From Octopus bimaculoides (taxonomy: Eukaryota), in the NCBI RefSeq assembly GCF_001194135.2, contig NC_069005.1:20987139-21051138 (forward strand): DNA of 64,000 bases, given 5' to 3'. Both the position numbers and the translations under genes were made by a program. Below, piece after piece: positions 61,632-64,000 of this stretch (positions are counted from its first letter, which is position 1; each line of letters opens with the position of its first letter). The notes beneath the pieces are model-generated. The model saw only the letters and a list, made by a program, of their open reading frames with translations. It was not told the DNA's origin and searched no databases.

Positions 61632-61960
61632 TTATTACCTCCATCTTAGCAAAGGCGGAAGTATTGTTTTCAATCACTTTTGTTTGTTTGTTTGTTCATG
61701 GACAAGATATCTCAAGAACCGCTGGATGGATTCAGATGAAACTTTCAGGGATGTTTGGCCTTGTGACTGGCACAAACTAATTAGATTTTGGGATTGATCT
61801 GGTGCTGGACAAGGTTTCTGAATCATTTTTCCTGTATTTTTTAATTAATTTTTGAGAGTGGTCGGGTTCATTTTTAGTATTCTTGTTTGTGAAAACAGTT
61901 GAGTTTATTTCAGATATTCTCATTTTAAAAATCATCTTTGGCTAATCATTGTGCTCTTGT
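61632..61960 (+). mobile_element. Non-autonomous Helentron/DINE-1-like element
   Basis: Starts ttattacctcc...aaggcggaagtattgtttt, has a (TTTG)n tract, then ggatggattcagatgaaactttcagg...ttagattttggga. Family recalled from pattern only. Confidence 0.5.
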
Positions 61961-61976
61961 TGTTATTATTATTGAG

Positions 61977-62650
61977 AAGGCGGTGGACTCACAGAATCGT
62001 TAGCACACCAGGCAAAATGCTTAGTGGCATTTCATTCATCTTTATGTCCTGAGCTCAAATCCCAGTGAAGTTGACATTACCTTTCATACTTTTGGGGTTA
62101 AACACTGGGGTTGATATAATTGACTTACTCCCTGCCCTGAAATTTCTGGCCTTGTGCCAAAATTTGAAACCATTATTATCAAAGAAAAAGGCAGCAAGCT
62201 GGTAGAATCATTAGCACCCTGGGCAAAATGCTTAGCAACATTTTGTCCATCCTTATGTTCTGAGTTCAAATTCTGCCAACTACCTTTCATCCTTTTGGTA
62301 TCAATGAATTAAGTACCAGTGAAATCCTGGGGGTCGATGTAATTCACCGGTCCCCTCCCCACAAATTTCAGGCCTTGTGCTCTTAGTAGAAAGGATTATT
62401 ATTATTATTATAATTGTTATTATTATTGAGGAGGTGAACTGGCAGAAGTGTTAGCATGCCAGACCAGATGCTTAGTGGCATCTCCTCTGGCTTTACATTC
62501 CAAGTTCTAATGTTGCCAAGATTGACTTTGCCTTTCAACTTTTCAGGGGTCAATGAAATAAGTAACCCCTGAGCACTCGGATCAATATAAGTGACCTCCA
62601 CCCTTCAATTGCTGCCTTTGTGCCTATAGTAGAAAGAATTACCATTATTG
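61977..62650 (+). mobile_element. Head-to-tail array of three family B SINEs
   Basis: Three same-orientation copies separated by (ATT)n tails. Confidence 0.8.
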
Positions 62651-62824
62651 TAAGATTTTTGATGTATTATGACTGTTTTTGCTATAGATATGATACTTAC
62701 TGTTATTGTTGGAACCGTCTTTGGTGGCATATGCACGTGTGTGGGTTGAATTGGCAAAGTATTCTATCATGGATTATTATCATTTTTGTTTATGTCTGTG
62801 TTTGTATTTGTAGTCATGTATGTT

Positions 62825-62892
62825 TAGGTATGTGTGTATGTATATATATGTACATATATGTATAAATATGCGCATAGATATATATACATATA

Positions 62893-62928
<36 letters not shown>

Positions 62929-62968
62929 ACGCACACACACGCGTTTAGATATGTGTGCATGTGTATAC

Positions 62969-63045
<77 letters not shown>

Positions 63046-63062
63046 GTACGAGTATGTGTATG
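62825..63062 (+). repeat. Compound (TA)/(TG)/(CA) microsatellite
   Basis: Read directly from the sequence. Confidence 0.95.
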
Positions 63063-63073
63063 TAAGGAACTAG

Positions 63074-63614
63074 AAGAGTTGCTGCTAAGTAATTTGGTAT
63101 GCTAACAATTCTGCCAGCCCATCACATTAACAGTAATAATTCTTCCTTCTGTAAGCACAAGGCTTGAAATTTTGTGGGGAGGGGCTAGTTGATTAAAACG
63201 ACCACAGTTTTCAACTGGTATTTATTTTATTTAATCAACCCCGAAAGGATGAAAGGCGAAGTTGACCTCTTTAGGATTTGAACTCAGAATGTAAAGACAG
63301 ATGAAATGCCACTAAACATTTTGTTTGGCATGCTAATGGTTCTGCCAATTCACTGCCTTAATAATAATAATAACAATAATAATAATAATAATAACAATAA
63401 TAATGGTTTCAAATTTTAGCACAAGGCCAGCAATTTCGGTGTGGGTGGGATAAGTCAATTACATCAACCACATTGTCCAGTTGGTGCTTATTTTATTGAC
63501 CTGGAAAGGATGAAAGGCAAAATCAATGGTGGAATTTGAACTCAGAACATAAAAACGGACAAAATGCTGCCAAGCATTTTGCCGTGTGTGCTAATGATTC
63601 AGCCAGCTCACCAC

Positions 63615-63645
<31 letters not shown>

Positions 63646-63863
63646 GTTATAATAGTTATAATGATTTCACAAGGCCAGCAATTTGGGGGAAGGGGTAAGT
63701 TGATTAAATTGACCCCAGTGCTTAACTGGTACTTATTTTATCGATACTGAAAGTATGAAAGACAAAATACTTCAGTGGAATTTGAATTCAGAACTTAATG
63801 GCTGACAATATTCTGCCAACTATTTTGGCCAGTGTGCTAACATTTCTGTCAACTTGCAGCCTT
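63074..63863 (-). mobile_element. Head-to-tail array of three family B SINEs plus one partial copy
   Basis: Reverse-orientation copies separated by (AAT)n. Confidence 0.8.
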
Positions 63864-63891
63864 AATAATAATATGTATGCCTGTATGTATG

Positions 63892-63929
<38 letters not shown>

Positions 63930-64000
63930 AATTAACATTTTTGAAGATGTCACGTTGAAGGTAACACTACCCATGTACCTATCTAAGGAGTAAAGTAACC

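Overview
AT-rich, repeat-dense animal DNA with many N gaps. The SINE families, RTE LINE tails and microsatellite load suggest an octopus/cephalopod assembly (inference). Three protein-coding genes are supported, two of them invisible as ORFs. (1) XRCC4 on the minus strand: six phase-compatible coding exons from 16429 to 2374 (213 codons; 3' end probably outside the window) plus candidate 5'UTR exons. (2) The first coding exon of ELP4 on the plus strand (27635-27770), head-to-head with XRCC4; I found no further ELP4 exon in the remaining 36 kb. (3) A 1124-aa FERM-PTP of the PTPN14/PTPN21 (Pez) family with an intronless CDS (42580-45954). The rest is mostly transposon debris: Tc1/mariner, hAT, piggyBac-like and foldback MITEs, RTE and CR1-like LINE fragments, a Helitron relic and several tRNA-derived SINE families. 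The most unusual signals are three short insertions copied from specific sequences 1-2 kb away with junction microhomology, the retrogene-like PTPN possibly nested in ELP4 intron 1, a possibly interleaved XRCC4/ELP4 5' end, and head-to-tail SINE arrays joined at (AAT)n tails. All family calls are from motif recognition; no database search was run.
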